Shown: positions 48,301-57,846 of the stretch, piece by piece
How positions within the stretch are numbered: position 1 is the stretch's first letter
How the letters are laid out: each line of letters starts with the position of its first letter
Assembly (NCBI GenBank): GCA_017418645.1
Contig: JAFOND010000214.1
Coordinates: 2,401-66,400 of the forward strand
Direction of reading: 5' to 3'
Length of the DNA stretch: 64,000 bases
Source: Lachnospiraceae bacterium
GTDB taxonomy: Bacteria; Bacillota; Clostridia; Lachnospirales; Lachnospiraceae
Position numbers and translations under genes: made by a program
Notes under the pieces: generated by a model
Told to the model about the DNA's origin: nothing
The model's database searches: none
Seen by the model: only the letters and a program-made list of their open reading frames with translations

Positions 48301-48450
48301 TTAAAGAGCCGTGCGATAGTAAGGAAGTCTGTAATGATAGCAACGTACACCGACCACGAAGGCTACCATGAGGTTAACCTTGACGATCTCAAGATCACAC
48401 CGTTTATGGTATGCAGGAGTGGCAAACATGAGGTTCATATAGTGTACTAA
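45331..48450 (+). CDS. Baseplate J-like wedge protein (large)
   Basis: LNIDTRT...DPDIGTAI, VPKGTKL, FETD, RLVTIDDY, YLNPLGYG...GWKIG and SGKHEV motifs. Confidence 0.85.
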   Translation: MSRKLSKKLNIDTRTASDIENRISELSNLYDTGWHFDAEDPDIGTAIAKIYAGEMEENISRVNDILDRYHTEFVNMLDISLLPAKPSAGFVVMDVTSDTVEGTGVPKGTKLLATTGKGDLVFETDHSVYVTGSKIVSAFMTDGEEATFAPLLGDYHVPRIYGDGGIVKEIPEEEAEVLGEEEEGDEFETPMVVAGNAYETEEVIREREFKPFTLFGRMEGIGMDAIIFYHKFLFDVFDDEIFIRFSGAEELVKEIKQGKYTFKYVSEDGLLPVDHVGIMPDEETFVLKKDKETLQVPVGADKTCLLALVANEKIKAVRKATDISFSAEGKNALPQSVANDSNDLDIDRFLPFTDNLAVYNECYIGHDRFFAKEGAKITVSFDLSFEVNRITLRNDVEDKSLKIIKRKPKNRDDEVFAEAFVDEVAIEYYNGIGWKKLQLFEDLTTVFSDETARHVEFSFICPDDWEEVEAGAYEGRSIRLQVTRSDNCYLFPSLHHYPVITDLRISYSFEDSYLSAEKTEMITGTRRIDLTNKKKKRSGTVLFSVSDYKEDALYLGFSGRIDKGPVSILFELEEGIRYNGLPVFIEYSAPEGSFKRIKVIDYTGEFTKTGVIAFVPPSDWVSSTIEGKKNFWLRIIRTKKELRSEDSTVLPKIKSIQMNAVQASNVQTKEEENVYIGEVVPDMRFTINATGILNADVWVNEMGRYSQEKMREMKNDDPDNIRIEEDMTGVIISFFVLWHETERFETSEDKRVYMLDRLTNELIFGNGITTWIPRVTDDIAIKMSVRCCDGALGNVEADTITEPLESLPFVGTITNPNKSYGGSNIENIDTALLRGASILSSRKRLVTIDDYLRAIAAFSDTIDQTAGVVGQTVEGEINDSALTFLLLMKDFAEGSFAFHRVVNDLKNHLMEHCELTVVPEQLHLIEPIFVDISVDAWVTLVSLDDSFEIQSMLTECLDDYLNPLGYGDGSRGWKIGTLPKKPQILMRLGILKSRAIVRKSVMIATYTDHEGYHEVNLDDLKITPFMVCRSGKHEVHIVY

Positions 48451-48469
48451 CCACGGATGAGGTGTTAAT

Positions 48470-50569
48470 ATGTTACAATACATTGCAAACGACGGGAAAA
48501 CTTTTGAAGAGCGTTATACGGAGGCGATAACACAGATCCCTCTCTTAACGAAGGAATGGACGGATTTTAACCCGTCCGACCCGGGCATAACGATACTCGA
48601 AAACCTTATCGGTTTCCAGTCTCTGCAGGAGGAACACATCCTTGATGCATCCCCGGAAGTTAAGAGACGCCTTCTTCAGATGGTGGGATTCGTACCGGAA
48701 CGCGGTAGAAGAGCAAGACTTCTTCTTGCCGCGGAAGATGTTAAAGAGAGCATCACCCTTCCGGCGAACCATCGTTTCCTGCTTGGAGACATGAGTTTTG
48801 AAACAGGTCGTGTAATAAAAATAGAAGACCGAAAACTCCTTGGAGTTTACGGCAAAAAGGAAGGCGAAGAAAAGTATCATGATTTCCAGTTCCTGCTGGA
48901 CCATGAGACAAAGGTTCCCGCCTCGGTATTCGGTGAAAAACCGGTTGTCGGAAACGAACTTTATCTTATATCGAATTCTCTTCCGGAACCGGGAACGGAG
49001 ACAATATTCTATTTCAGACTCCGTGAAAGATTTAACAGAAATCCGCTTCTTGCAAGAACGGAAAATACCTTCGCATCCATAAGATGGGAATGCTTTACAA
49101 ACGCAGGTTGGGTTGAGATGCGCGTCAGAGATGCTACAAGCGCATTCTTAAACAGCGGCGAAGTCCGTATGTGGATCCCGGAAGACGCTGCGGTTTATAA
49201 AGATGCCCCGGTGGAAGGTTATTGCATCCGTGCTGTGCTTACGCGTGCGGAATATGATATCAGACCCAAGGTTACGGCGATCGATGCTTTTCTTTTCGAA
49301 ACATGGCAGAAGAAGACCGTATCCGAAAGCATAAGCTTTGACAAATCGGGTTCTGTGGAAGTCATTTCCGGAATAGCGGAAGAAGTGTATGTTAACGTGT
49401 TTGCACGCGAAGGAAAGGGTGAGCCGTACAGACTCTATGAGTATTCGGAAGACCCCGACCGTCCGGGACGCTTCTATTCGAGAGAAGATCTCGGAAACGG
49501 ACACATGCTTCTTAAGTTCGACAAGGCTAAAAGAGGTATAGGTCCGGAGCGCGGAAGAGACTGTGTCCGCGTTGTGCTTTACACGGAAGAAGTTATGAGA
49601 CAGTTCAGGATCGGAAAGGTTCTCGGTTACGATAATCAGAGATTCAAGATTCCGTATGAAAGAATAGTTCCGCATAACTTTAGCATAATCGCAAGAAGAT
49701 TAACCGACGAAGGCGAAGAAATCTATGATTTCGTACGTCCGGAACATGACGGTGAAGGCGCTCTTCTTTACCATCTGTTTGAGGGTGACGGCGAGATCGT
49801 GGTCGAAGATGCCGGAGATTTTATCGGCGCAGACCTCTTTGTTGCAGGTATCGCAGTACATGAAGGTGCAGCGGGAAATATCCGTGCAGGAAACAATCTT
49901 ATTTCACTCGGTGAGAATACCGGAAACGTATATTACAATCCGGGCGAAGGCACGGGCGGAGCATATCGCGAAACAATAGAAGATGTCAGAAAGAGATTCC
50001 TTATCGATATGGATACGGCATATACGGCCGTTACCACAAAGGATTATGAAGACATTGTTAAGACAACACCGGGACTTTGTATCCATAAGGCTCATGCAAG
50101 AATGGACGAGACAAAGAACCTTGTATCCATCGCGGTTAAGCCCGGAACGGACGAAGAATTCCCGAAGCTCCCGAAGCTTTATCAGACCATCATCATGAAG
50201 CGTCTTGAACAGAGAAGGCTTCTTACAACAAGGATAGAGCTTGTGCAGCCGGTATATACGGAGGTGAATGTTTCGGGTACGGTATATGTTAAGCTCCATT
50301 ACGAAAACTGCGTGAAAGAGATAGAGGATACCGTACGCCGCCACATAGATTATCTGAATTCCGAAAAGAATTTCGGTGACAGACTTCATTTTGACGAAGT
50401 TTTCCATGCGATAGAAGTACTTGACTGTGTTGAATTCGTATATGATCTTTCGATAAGACCAAAGAGCAAGCATGCTGCGAAAATGGAAGATGCGGATATA
50501 ATCCCGGCGTATAATTGTCTTCTCTGCCCGGGGCAGATCCGGATCGAAACGGTCACAGCAACTGATTGA
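48470..50569 (+). CDS. Baseplate J-like wedge protein (second)
   Basis: EWTDFNPSDPGITILE, AVTTKDYE and RRLLTTRI motifs. Confidence 0.88.
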   Translation: MLQYIANDGKTFEERYTEAITQIPLLTKEWTDFNPSDPGITILENLIGFQSLQEEHILDASPEVKRRLLQMVGFVPERGRRARLLLAAEDVKESITLPANHRFLLGDMSFETGRVIKIEDRKLLGVYGKKEGEEKYHDFQFLLDHETKVPASVFGEKPVVGNELYLISNSLPEPGTETIFYFRLRERFNRNPLLARTENTFASIRWECFTNAGWVEMRVRDATSAFLNSGEVRMWIPEDAAVYKDAPVEGYCIRAVLTRAEYDIRPKVTAIDAFLFETWQKKTVSESISFDKSGSVEVISGIAEEVYVNVFAREGKGEPYRLYEYSEDPDRPGRFYSREDLGNGHMLLKFDKAKRGIGPERGRDCVRVVLYTEEVMRQFRIGKVLGYDNQRFKIPYERIVPHNFSIIARRLTDEGEEIYDFVRPEHDGEGALLYHLFEGDGEIVVEDAGDFIGADLFVAGIAVHEGAAGNIRAGNNLISLGENTGNVYYNPGEGTGGAYRETIEDVRKRFLIDMDTAYTAVTTKDYEDIVKTTPGLCIHKAHARMDETKNLVSIAVKPGTDEEFPKLPKLYQTIIMKRLEQRRLLTTRIELVQPVYTEVNVSGTVYVKLHYENCVKEIEDTVRRHIDYLNSEKNFGDRLHFDEVFHAIEVLDCVEFVYDLSIRPKSKHAAKMEDADIIPAYNCLLCPGQIRIETVTATD

Positions 50570-50580
50570 GGTAAAAAATT

Positions 50581-51678
50581 ATGGCAGGAATCACTTATTC
50601 CATAAAAAAGAACAGGCTTAAAAGAGCCGGTATGTTCGGGATGGATCTTGACGAAAATGGCGTAATTACGCTACATAACGAGGCTGAGAGACATCTTTAT
50701 CTTACCGGTTTGGACAGTTCCGAAGAAAAAGCTACCTGGGGACGCATTTCTTTTATTGCAGAAATCACCGAAAATATGGTATTATATACCTACGTGCTTT
50801 CGGTGGATGATAATAAGATCGTAGAGGAAGATAAATTATACAACCTCGACGATATATTTACCAAGGAAGATTTTCCCGAAACGGAAAAGAAACGCATCAT
50901 GAAAGGCCTGGGTGCAAAGAGGGTCGTTGACAAGGATGACATTCTTCTTTATGATCTTTCCGGAAGATATCTTTATGTATGTATCGATATCATCGGAGAT
51001 GGAGAAGGAACTATTTCGGACATAATGGTCGACAGGGTCGGTGATAATTTTATGGATACCTTCCCATCGGTCTATCGAGAAAGAGACAGTTTCTTCCACC
51101 GTTATATGTCCGTGTACTCAACGATATATAACGACTTCGAAAGAGAGATTGATGAACTTCCGAAACTTCTTGATGTCGAAAGCGCTACACAGGAACAGCT
51201 TGAAGCATACGGTTCATGGCTGGGCATAGATCTTTCCGGAGATTATCTTCCGGTTGAGACAATGAGAACCATAGTCCGCGAAGGATACAGGCTCAACCGA
51301 ATGAAAGGCACAAGAGCATGTCTTGAGAGACTTCTCGAGATCATACTCGGAGAACGGGCGATAATACTTGAACAGAACACGATCCGCTCTTATATGGAAG
51401 AGGGCGAGATCACCGGAGGGACGCTGGAGGACAGCAGCATATACGATGTTAACATCCTCATAAGAAAACGTCTTTCCGATTCGGATCGTCATCAGATCCT
51501 GCATCTTATACAGCAGTTTGTACCGCTTCGGAGCAGATTACATCTTATCCGTCTTAAGGATTCGGGCGTACTCGATACCGATATCTATCTGGATATGAAT
51601 GCAGTCCTTTCCGAAGAATCATACGGAGTATTCGACGAAGATATGGAGATGGATGACGACATCATTCTTGATGAATAG
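50581..51678 (+). CDS. Phage tail protein I-like baseplate protein
   Basis: FPSVYRE..FFHRYMSVY, LEAYGSWLG, RMKGTRACL..LLEI and FVP motifs. Confidence 0.8.
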   Translation: MAGITYSIKKNRLKRAGMFGMDLDENGVITLHNEAERHLYLTGLDSSEEKATWGRISFIAEITENMVLYTYVLSVDDNKIVEEDKLYNLDDIFTKEDFPETEKKRIMKGLGAKRVVDKDDILLYDLSGRYLYVCIDIIGDGEGTISDIMVDRVGDNFMDTFPSVYRERDSFFHRYMSVYSTIYNDFEREIDELPKLLDVESATQEQLEAYGSWLGIDLSGDYLPVETMRTIVREGYRLNRMKGTRACLERLLEIILGERAIILEQNTIRSYMEEGEITGGTLEDSSIYDVNILIRKRLSDSDRHQILHLIQQFVPLRSRLHLIRLKDSGVLDTDIYLDMNAVLSEESYGVFDEDMEMDDDIILDE

Positions 51679-51695
51679 AGAGGACGATACTTCAA

Positions 51696-51995
51696 ATGAC
51701 CATCACAGAAATAAAGGGAGACGGCAACATCCAGCTTTCGATCGAAGGAAATGTGGATACAAATACAGCGCCGCAGCTGCAGACACAGATCCTTCAGAGT
51801 TTCCAGAAAGCTAAGAACGTCGTCCTGGAAATGAGCAAATGCCCGTACATGTCAAGTGCGGGCTTAAGAGCGTTGCTTATAGGTCAAAAAACCGCAACAA
51901 GTAAAGGCGGCAGCATGAAACTTGTTAATGTTCAGCCTACGGTTAAGGAGGTTTTTAACGTATCCGGCTTTGCCACGATACTTACCGTGGTCTGA
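51696..51995 (+). CDS. STAS-domain anti-sigma factor antagonist
   Basis: IEGNVDTNTAP, YMSSAGLRALL and VKEVFNVSGF motifs. Confidence 0.92.
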   Translation: MTITEIKGDGNIQLSIEGNVDTNTAPQLQTQILQSFQKAKNVVLEMSKCPYMSSAGLRALLIGQKTATSKGGSMKLVNVQPTVKEVFNVSGFATILTVV

Positions 51996-52055
51996 TTTTT
52001 TGGCTTTTTTGAACTTTATTCGACCGGATATTTAATGCATTAGGGGGAAAATGTT

Positions 52056-54605
52056 TTGGGCGAAGTAAAACCATTTAAGAGTTACGACGAATATATGGGC
52101 AATGTGTTTGACTGCGTCAACCGTTGCCTTTATCAATATCTGGAGGGGATGAAAGGCGTTTTTTCAAACGGCCAGGGCGGCTATAAAAACGTTCTTTATC
52201 CCGACCTTGAAGTCGCCAGCGACAGCACGAAAGAGCAGATGCAAAAACTTTCGTGGGTTCTTACCACTCCTGCGGAAGAAGTGGGAAAGAAAACTACCGA
52301 GGGCTCGGCAAAAAGCGAAGCATCTGACGACGATCCCTTTGCAGGTTTCGGGGGCTTGGGTGACGATAGCGACTCCGGAGAAAGCGGTGGCGGTGCCGCT
52401 TCGGACGATCCTTTTGCGGATGTTTTCGGACTCTTCGGTTCGGACGACGAATCGGGCGGAGAAGGCGGAGACGACCTTTCCGATATCTTCGGTTCCGATG
52501 ACGATCTTATGGATATCTTTTCTTCATTCGGATCTTTGGGTGACGAGGAAGACGAAGGCGAAGGCGGCGGGGACGATCCCTTCGGAGGACTCTCCGGCGG
52601 TGCTTCTTCGGGTCCCGCGGTTGACACAACTCCCATAGCGGATGTTGGAGGACGCATTCTTGAAATTCAGGAACGGGCGAAAGCAGCGGTAGAAGCCGGT
52701 GTAAACATGCCGTTCTATGTCCTTACGGAAAAACTGGGATTCGATCCCTTTACGATCTTCTGTTTTGCCTGCGGTATCCTTTCATCAACCCAGACGGATT
52801 ACTCCGCTGTTTTCCAGATCGTTAACGAGAGCGGCGGAATGAATACCCCGACAATAGAATCTGCGGGTAAACTCTATTACGGAAATAAGTTTTCGATAAC
52901 CGGCGCATACGGCGATATGTCCGTATGTCTTGAACAGATGCAGCCGATACTGGATCTTCGTATCATACCTTCCATGCCGTTCTCGACACCGGTTTCCCCG
53001 GACAAGAGAATCATCGACTACCTCTTCGGTAAGTACCCCATGAAGCTTGATGAAAATTATTCAAGATTCTTAAAGATGCTTACAAAAGAAGATGAACAGC
53101 TTGATGATATCCTTTGTAACGAGAACGTTCTTGAGGCAATGAAGATTGCATACGGCGACGGCTCAAGACTTTTCTCATACATGGGAGACGAAGGCTCCGG
53201 AAGAAAATTCTTTATTAAAAAATTCTGTGCGGAGAACGGTCTTCGCGCCATGTCCGTTAACTGTAAAAAACTTTTCGTATACGACTATTCATACGTTGAA
53301 AAAGCCATATGGGCGGTTACGAGAGAGTGTATCTTAACGGACGGCTGCTGCGTTCTTGAAGAACTTCAGTACCGTGACGAGGAAAAAGAAAAGTTCTTCG
53401 GATACATGGATCTTTTCTTTACAAAACTTACGGAAAAGGGAGTTACCGTTTTCTGTAATTCAAAAGAAACCATCAACTTTAAAGAGATAACAAAAGAACA
53501 GATCACGCTTCTGACACTTAACCCGCCGGATATCGACGGTCGTGTTGCGTGCTGGAATTATTATTCAAAAGATTATAAATGGGGAGAGGATGTTGACTTC
53601 TTCGAAATGTCAACGAAGTTCCTCTTTACACCCGGTAAGATCAAAGATGCCTGCCATTACGGTAAATCACTTTCCGTTATGGACAGAGCGGAACTTATCG
53701 ACAGAGCAACACTCTTTAAGAGCTGTAACGCACAGATGTCTTCCGAACTTTCCGCGAAGGCAACACGAGTTGAAGCGAAGTTCGGTTTCGAAGATATCGT
53801 TATGAACAAGGATCAGCGTGAACAGATCGGACATGCCATCGAGCAGATGAACAATAAGAAGACGGTCTACGAGGATTGGAACTACATGAAGAAGTATCCT
53901 TACGGCCGAGGTCTTACGGTTCTTCTCTACGGGGCTCCCGGTACCGGAAAGTCCATGATGGCGCAGGTTCTTGCGCACGAGCTTAATCTTGAGTTATACC
54001 GTGTTGATATTTCAAAGGTTGTAGATAAGTACGTCGGTGAAACGGAAAAATCACTCTCCATGATCTTCCGCGAGGCAAAGAAGTGTAACGTCGTATTGTT
54101 CTTCGACGAGTGCGATACCATCTTCGCAAAGCGTGCCGACGACGGCGGTTCAAACCAGGCATCCGCAAACAACAAGACAGCCCTCCTGCTTCAGGAAATG
54201 GAAGCTTACGATGGCGTCTGCGTTCTGGCAACAAACTACAAGCACAATATCGACCCGGCTTTCTTCCGTCGTATGAAATACATCGTTGAGTTCCAGTTCC
54301 CGAACGAAGATACACGTGAAATGCTCTGGACAACAACGGTTCCGAAAACAACGCCCCTCGGCGAAGACGTGGACTTCAGATTTATTGCAGAGAAGTTCGA
54401 GTTTGCCGGCGGTAATATTAAGAACTGTATCCTTAATGCGGCCTTCCTTGCAGCTGAAGACGAAACTGCCGAAGGCAAGGTCTGCATGAGACATTATCTT
54501 AAGGCAATCCAGTACGAGTTCGTTAAGGTCGGCCGAGTATTCACGCGTGCGGACTTCGAACCCTACGCCGACATGATCTTCGGAGAGGAGCCTGAGAAGT
54601 ACTGA
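52056..54605 (+). CDS. CIS AAA+ ATPase (Afp15-like) with acidic low-complexity insert
   Basis: Walker A GAPGTGKS, KYVGETEK, Walker B LFFDECD, ATN, DPAFFRR and GGNIKN. The first P-loop is degenerate (GDEGSGRK). Confidence 0.93.
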   Translation: MGEVKPFKSYDEYMGNVFDCVNRCLYQYLEGMKGVFSNGQGGYKNVLYPDLEVASDSTKEQMQKLSWVLTTPAEEVGKKTTEGSAKSEASDDDPFAGFGGLGDDSDSGESGGGAASDDPFADVFGLFGSDDESGGEGGDDLSDIFGSDDDLMDIFSSFGSLGDEEDEGEGGGDDPFGGLSGGASSGPAVDTTPIADVGGRILEIQERAKAAVEAGVNMPFYVLTEKLGFDPFTIFCFACGILSSTQTDYSAVFQIVNESGGMNTPTIESAGKLYYGNKFSITGAYGDMSVCLEQMQPILDLRIIPSMPFSTPVSPDKRIIDYLFGKYPMKLDENYSRFLKMLTKEDEQLDDILCNENVLEAMKIAYGDGSRLFSYMGDEGSGRKFFIKKFCAENGLRAMSVNCKKLFVYDYSYVEKAIWAVTRECILTDGCCVLEELQYRDEEKEKFFGYMDLFFTKLTEKGVTVFCNSKETINFKEITKEQITLLTLNPPDIDGRVACWNYYSKDYKWGEDVDFFEMSTKFLFTPGKIKDACHYGKSLSVMDRAELIDRATLFKSCNAQMSSELSAKATRVEAKFGFEDIVMNKDQREQIGHAIEQMNNKKTVYEDWNYMKKYPYGRGLTVLLYGAPGTGKSMMAQVLAHELNLELYRVDISKVVDKYVGETEKSLSMIFREAKKCNVVLFFDECDTIFAKRADDGGSNQASANNKTALLLQEMEAYDGVCVLATNYKHNIDPAFFRRMKYIVEFQFPNEDTREMLWTTTVPKTTPLGEDVDFRFIAEKFEFAGGNIKNCILNAAFLAAEDETAEGKVCMRHYLKAIQYEFVKVGRVFTRADFEPYADMIFGEEPEKY

Positions 54606-55462
54606 TGGATTTTACCGTAATAGATAAAGACAACTTTAAAATATTCTCCCCGATAATCTTTGACGCCTTCACGGACGACTCCAAAGAAGTTCTCCGTATC
54701 GGCGCGGTGGAAGACAACAATATTATCGGAGCCATGTCCATAAGTTATCAGACTGCTATGGACACCGCAATCTTAGATTCCCTTTATGTCCTTCCGGAAT
54801 ACAGGAAAAAGGGCAAGGGAAAGGAGATGCTTAATAAGGCGGAGGAACTTGTAAAGAAACATGTTAACTGCCTTGAGGCGGAGTATCCGGAGTCTTCGAA
54901 AGGACTTGAAGCTTTGTTTAAATCCGGTGAATATGCCCGCATAGACGGTGATCCGATCTATGTGTACGATATAGATGAACTTCTATCAAACAAAAAGTTT
55001 ACATCTCTTTTAAAACCGGAAATAAAATCCGTGGACACCTTTACATTCAAGGATCTGTCCGGAGCACAGAAAAAGAGGATGTTTGAACTCTTTCGTGAGG
55101 ATGGCGAAAGAAATACCGAAGCGGGGACGAGAGGACTTTCGGAAGATCTTTCCGTGGCGGTATACGATGACAACGAATACAGAATTCCCAAAGCCTGTCT
55201 TTTGGCAACAACCTTTGAGGACTCGATAACAATTGCACAGCTTGAGGGTTCGGGAATCGATAACCCTAAATACATAACAGCGGCAATCTTTGCATTTGCA
55301 AATGCGGTAAAGGAAAAGAAGAAGGAAACAGACTATAAAGAACTTGGAATGGTTGCGGCACACAGAGGCGTAAAGAAAGTATTCGAGCTATTGTTCGACG
55401 GGAAGATAGAACCGAAGGAAAGCGGATTAAGACACGCCATAAAGGTTCTGAATGTGGGGTAG
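54605..55462 (+). CDS. GNAT-family acetyltransferase (paralogue 1)
   Basis: SLYVLPEYRKKGKGKEML acetyl-CoA-binding motif. Confidence 0.85.
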   Translation: MDFTVIDKDNFKIFSPIIFDAFTDDSKEVLRIGAVEDNNIIGAMSISYQTAMDTAILDSLYVLPEYRKKGKGKEMLNKAEELVKKHVNCLEAEYPESSKGLEALFKSGEYARIDGDPIYVYDIDELLSNKKFTSLLKPEIKSVDTFTFKDLSGAQKKRMFELFREDGERNTEAGTRGLSEDLSVAVYDDNEYRIPKACLLATTFEDSITIAQLEGSGIDNPKYITAAIFAFANAVKEKKKETDYKELGMVAAHRGVKKVFELLFDGKIEPKESGLRHAIKVLNVG

Positions 55463-55468
55463 GAGCGA

Positions 55469-56692
55469 ATGAAAGGTCCAAACGAAGAACTTAATCAGGA
55501 GTTACAAAAACAAACGGTAATAGAAACGCCCAAATCCTTAGAAGACGAGTTTGACGGGTTGTACGCCGGCGCAGAGGTAATATACAAGGAAGACATGGAG
55601 TCGTTGAAACTCAAGGACCAGCAGTTCCTTGAGGAGACGATGAAAGAGGAAAGCTTTATCCAGGCCGAGAAAGAAATGCTTACGGCGAAGGACCTTGAAA
55701 AAGCAAAAGAGAAGGCAGACAACTTAGCAAGCAAAGAAAGCTTTTTTAAAGGAGTCGGAAAAAGAGGCGTAAGACACGAAAACTATAAAAACAGAAAAGA
55801 CATTCCCGCAAAGGTTTCCGCTGTCCTTAAGGATAACGAAGAGTGTGATGCAATAGCCAGAAAACAATACGATTCTTATGTTGAAAAAATAAGAGAGAAA
55901 AAAGGTGTCTATTCCGGAGACGGAAGAAAGGATCCCGCCGTTCTTACACACCTTACCGCGATAGCCAGGATGGAACCGGAACTCGCCCCCCAGATGATGG
56001 AACCCAAACAGATGCTTTTAGCTCTGGGAGCCGTCAAGGAGGACGTGGCAAAAGTGAACGCATCCCCTGAGGAAATAGAAGAAGACAAACAGAAAAACTA
56101 TGAGCTTAGGACGGAAAAGGCAAGAGCCATCGAGTGCGTTATGGACAATATAATGTCCTGGGACCCGGTTCAATTTGAATTTGACAAGATGGAAGATCTT
56201 GCAAAGAGTGCAAAGCTTCCCGTCATACTTGAAAAGCTTGCGGTCTGCGGCGAGTGCGACAGAATGATGACAACATATGAAAAATTTATAAAGCAGGGCA
56301 CCGCAAATTGTAAATACGATAAAGAAAGCTTTATAAAGATAAAGGCAAGGCAAAAAACCTATGAAGGGCTTTGCAGTGATCTTAATATGCTTCTTCGTGT
56401 TATGAAAAACCCATATTATGCAAGGTTTCTTGATTCGGATTTTAAAAAACAAAATCCCGGTGAACTTGGAATGGTAACGAACGACGGACAGGGAAAGTAT
56501 GCTGAACTGATATCAAAGCACGGCATGTCATCGGATTCGCTTATGCAGGAAAACGCATTCCTTCATTACGTAATAAATATGGACAAGTATCTTCAAACAA
56601 AAGCGATGAAGCAGGACAGGGATTATACGGGTGGCTCCATCATAAAAACATTTCAGGTAAACGAAGCCCAGATAAGGTCGGAGTGGAAGTAG
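55469..56692 (+). CDS. Hypothetical helical protein, candidate CIS cargo
   Basis: No signal peptide, E/Q-rich N-terminus, RBS AGGAG; lies between two GNAT genes. Confidence 0.7.
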   Translation: MKGPNEELNQELQKQTVIETPKSLEDEFDGLYAGAEVIYKEDMESLKLKDQQFLEETMKEESFIQAEKEMLTAKDLEKAKEKADNLASKESFFKGVGKRGVRHENYKNRKDIPAKVSAVLKDNEECDAIARKQYDSYVEKIREKKGVYSGDGRKDPAVLTHLTAIARMEPELAPQMMEPKQMLLALGAVKEDVAKVNASPEEIEEDKQKNYELRTEKARAIECVMDNIMSWDPVQFEFDKMEDLAKSAKLPVILEKLAVCGECDRMMTTYEKFIKQGTANCKYDKESFIKIKARQKTYEGLCSDLNMLLRVMKNPYYARFLDSDFKKQNPGELGMVTNDGQGKYAELISKHGMSSDSLMQENAFLHYVINMDKYLQTKAMKQDRDYTGGSIIKTFQVNEAQIRSEWK

Positions 56693-56693
56693 T

Positions 56694-56951
56694 ATGAGAA
56701 TAACCAAAGAGTTATTAAAGAACCAGAATAAAAAGGAAGAGGACCGAAAGAAGGGGAAGCGCGCCCAAAGTCAGTACGACACCTTCTATTCCGATGAGGA
56801 ATATTATATGTATGAGGATGCGCCCCATATCGGATTTCTTAACGAGAACAAAGGCGTGTTCGATACGACGGACAAGAAGTCTTTAAACACCGCGCCCAGT
56901 GTTTTTGAACAGGGAACACTTTTCCATGTGAAAAGAAACGAAGAACAATAA
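56694..56951 (+). CDS. Small hypothetical protein
   Basis: 85-aa ORF filling the gap between neighbours on the operon strand. Confidence 0.55.
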   Translation: MRITKELLKNQNKKEEDRKKGKRAQSQYDTFYSDEEYYMYEDAPHIGFLNENKGVFDTTDKKSLNTAPSVFEQGTLFHVKRNEEQ

Positions 56952-56969
56952 ACCGGAAAGGAAAAAAGA

Positions 56970-57827
56970 ATGGAACTGACAAGGATCGGAAGTAATAACT
57001 GGGGATCATTTTCGCCGATCGTATTCGATTCATATACAATGAACGCACCTCAGGTTTTAAGGATAGGGGCAATCGAAGACGGTAAAGCCGTGGGAGCACT
57101 TTCCCTAAGCTTTGATATGCAGAACAGCACCGCATTTGTGGATTCATTGTATGTTATGCCGGACTTTCGGGGGAAAGGATACGGCAGGGCGCTTCTCGAA
57201 GAAGCGGAACGTCTTGCGAAGAACCGCGTAAGCACTCTTGAAGCCGAGTTTCTGGATGATGAAAAGAGCGGTCTTATAAAACATTTCGAAACAAACGGAT
57301 ATGCCTGTATTCCGGGCGAGCCGATATATGATTTCGACGTGAAAAAACTTCTGACATCAAAGAAGTATGAGGAGATTATGAAGAGACGTCTCTCCGGCGT
57401 TCGGGCAATGGATTTTTCAATGCTCACGGGAGCGCAGAAAAACGTTATCTTCGAGAAACTTCATAGTCACGGAGAAAGGAATACGGCGGACAACACGCTC
57501 GGTTTTTCGGACAAACTTTCCGTTGCTATATACAGAACCGATGACATGAGGAGCCCGAGAGCCTGTCTTGTTGCCACTGAAAACGAAGGAATGGTGACCA
57601 TCGCTCAGCTTTACGGCTCGGGAAAGAACAATCCGAAATTCATCCTTGCGGCGATATTTGGATTCACTTCCGCTTTAAAGAGATGCGGCGGCGCGAAAAC
57701 ATATGACGATATCGCCATGGTTGCGGCCCACCCGGGTGTGAAGGGGCTTTTCGATAAACTTTTCGGAACCCGCCTTAAGCCCACTGAAAGCGGACTTATG
57801 CATGCAATTAAACTTATAAACTTTTAG
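56970..57827 (+). CDS. GNAT-family acetyltransferase (paralogue 2)
   Basis: SLYVMPDFRGKGYGRALL; colinear with 54605-55462 (both 285 aa; FSPI, VLRIGA, ESGLxHAIK). Confidence 0.87.
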   Translation: MELTRIGSNNWGSFSPIVFDSYTMNAPQVLRIGAIEDGKAVGALSLSFDMQNSTAFVDSLYVMPDFRGKGYGRALLEEAERLAKNRVSTLEAEFLDDEKSGLIKHFETNGYACIPGEPIYDFDVKKLLTSKKYEEIMKRRLSGVRAMDFSMLTGAQKNVIFEKLHSHGERNTADNTLGFSDKLSVAIYRTDDMRSPRACLVATENEGMVTIAQLYGSGKNNPKFILAAIFGFTSALKRCGGAKTYDDIAMVAAHPGVKGLFDKLFGTRLKPTESGLMHAIKLINF

Positions 57828-57846
57828 AGATGGATGAGGTGTGATT

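Noticed and set aside
52320-52620. DPF motifs as eukaryotic AP-2-binding mimicry
   Set aside because: The ATPase is expected to stay in the producer cell, and the motif arises easily in D/F-rich low-complexity sequence.
32937-54605. Prophage or R-type tailocin
   Set aside because: No integrase, capsid, portal, terminase, replication or holin/endolysin genes. DUF4255, the second tube protein and the Afp15-like ATPase fit an eCIS-family locus.
32937-54605. Canonical T6SS (subtypes i-iii)
   Set aside because: Single-gene phage-type sheath, gp19-type tubes, and no recognisable TssJLM, TssK or ClpV.
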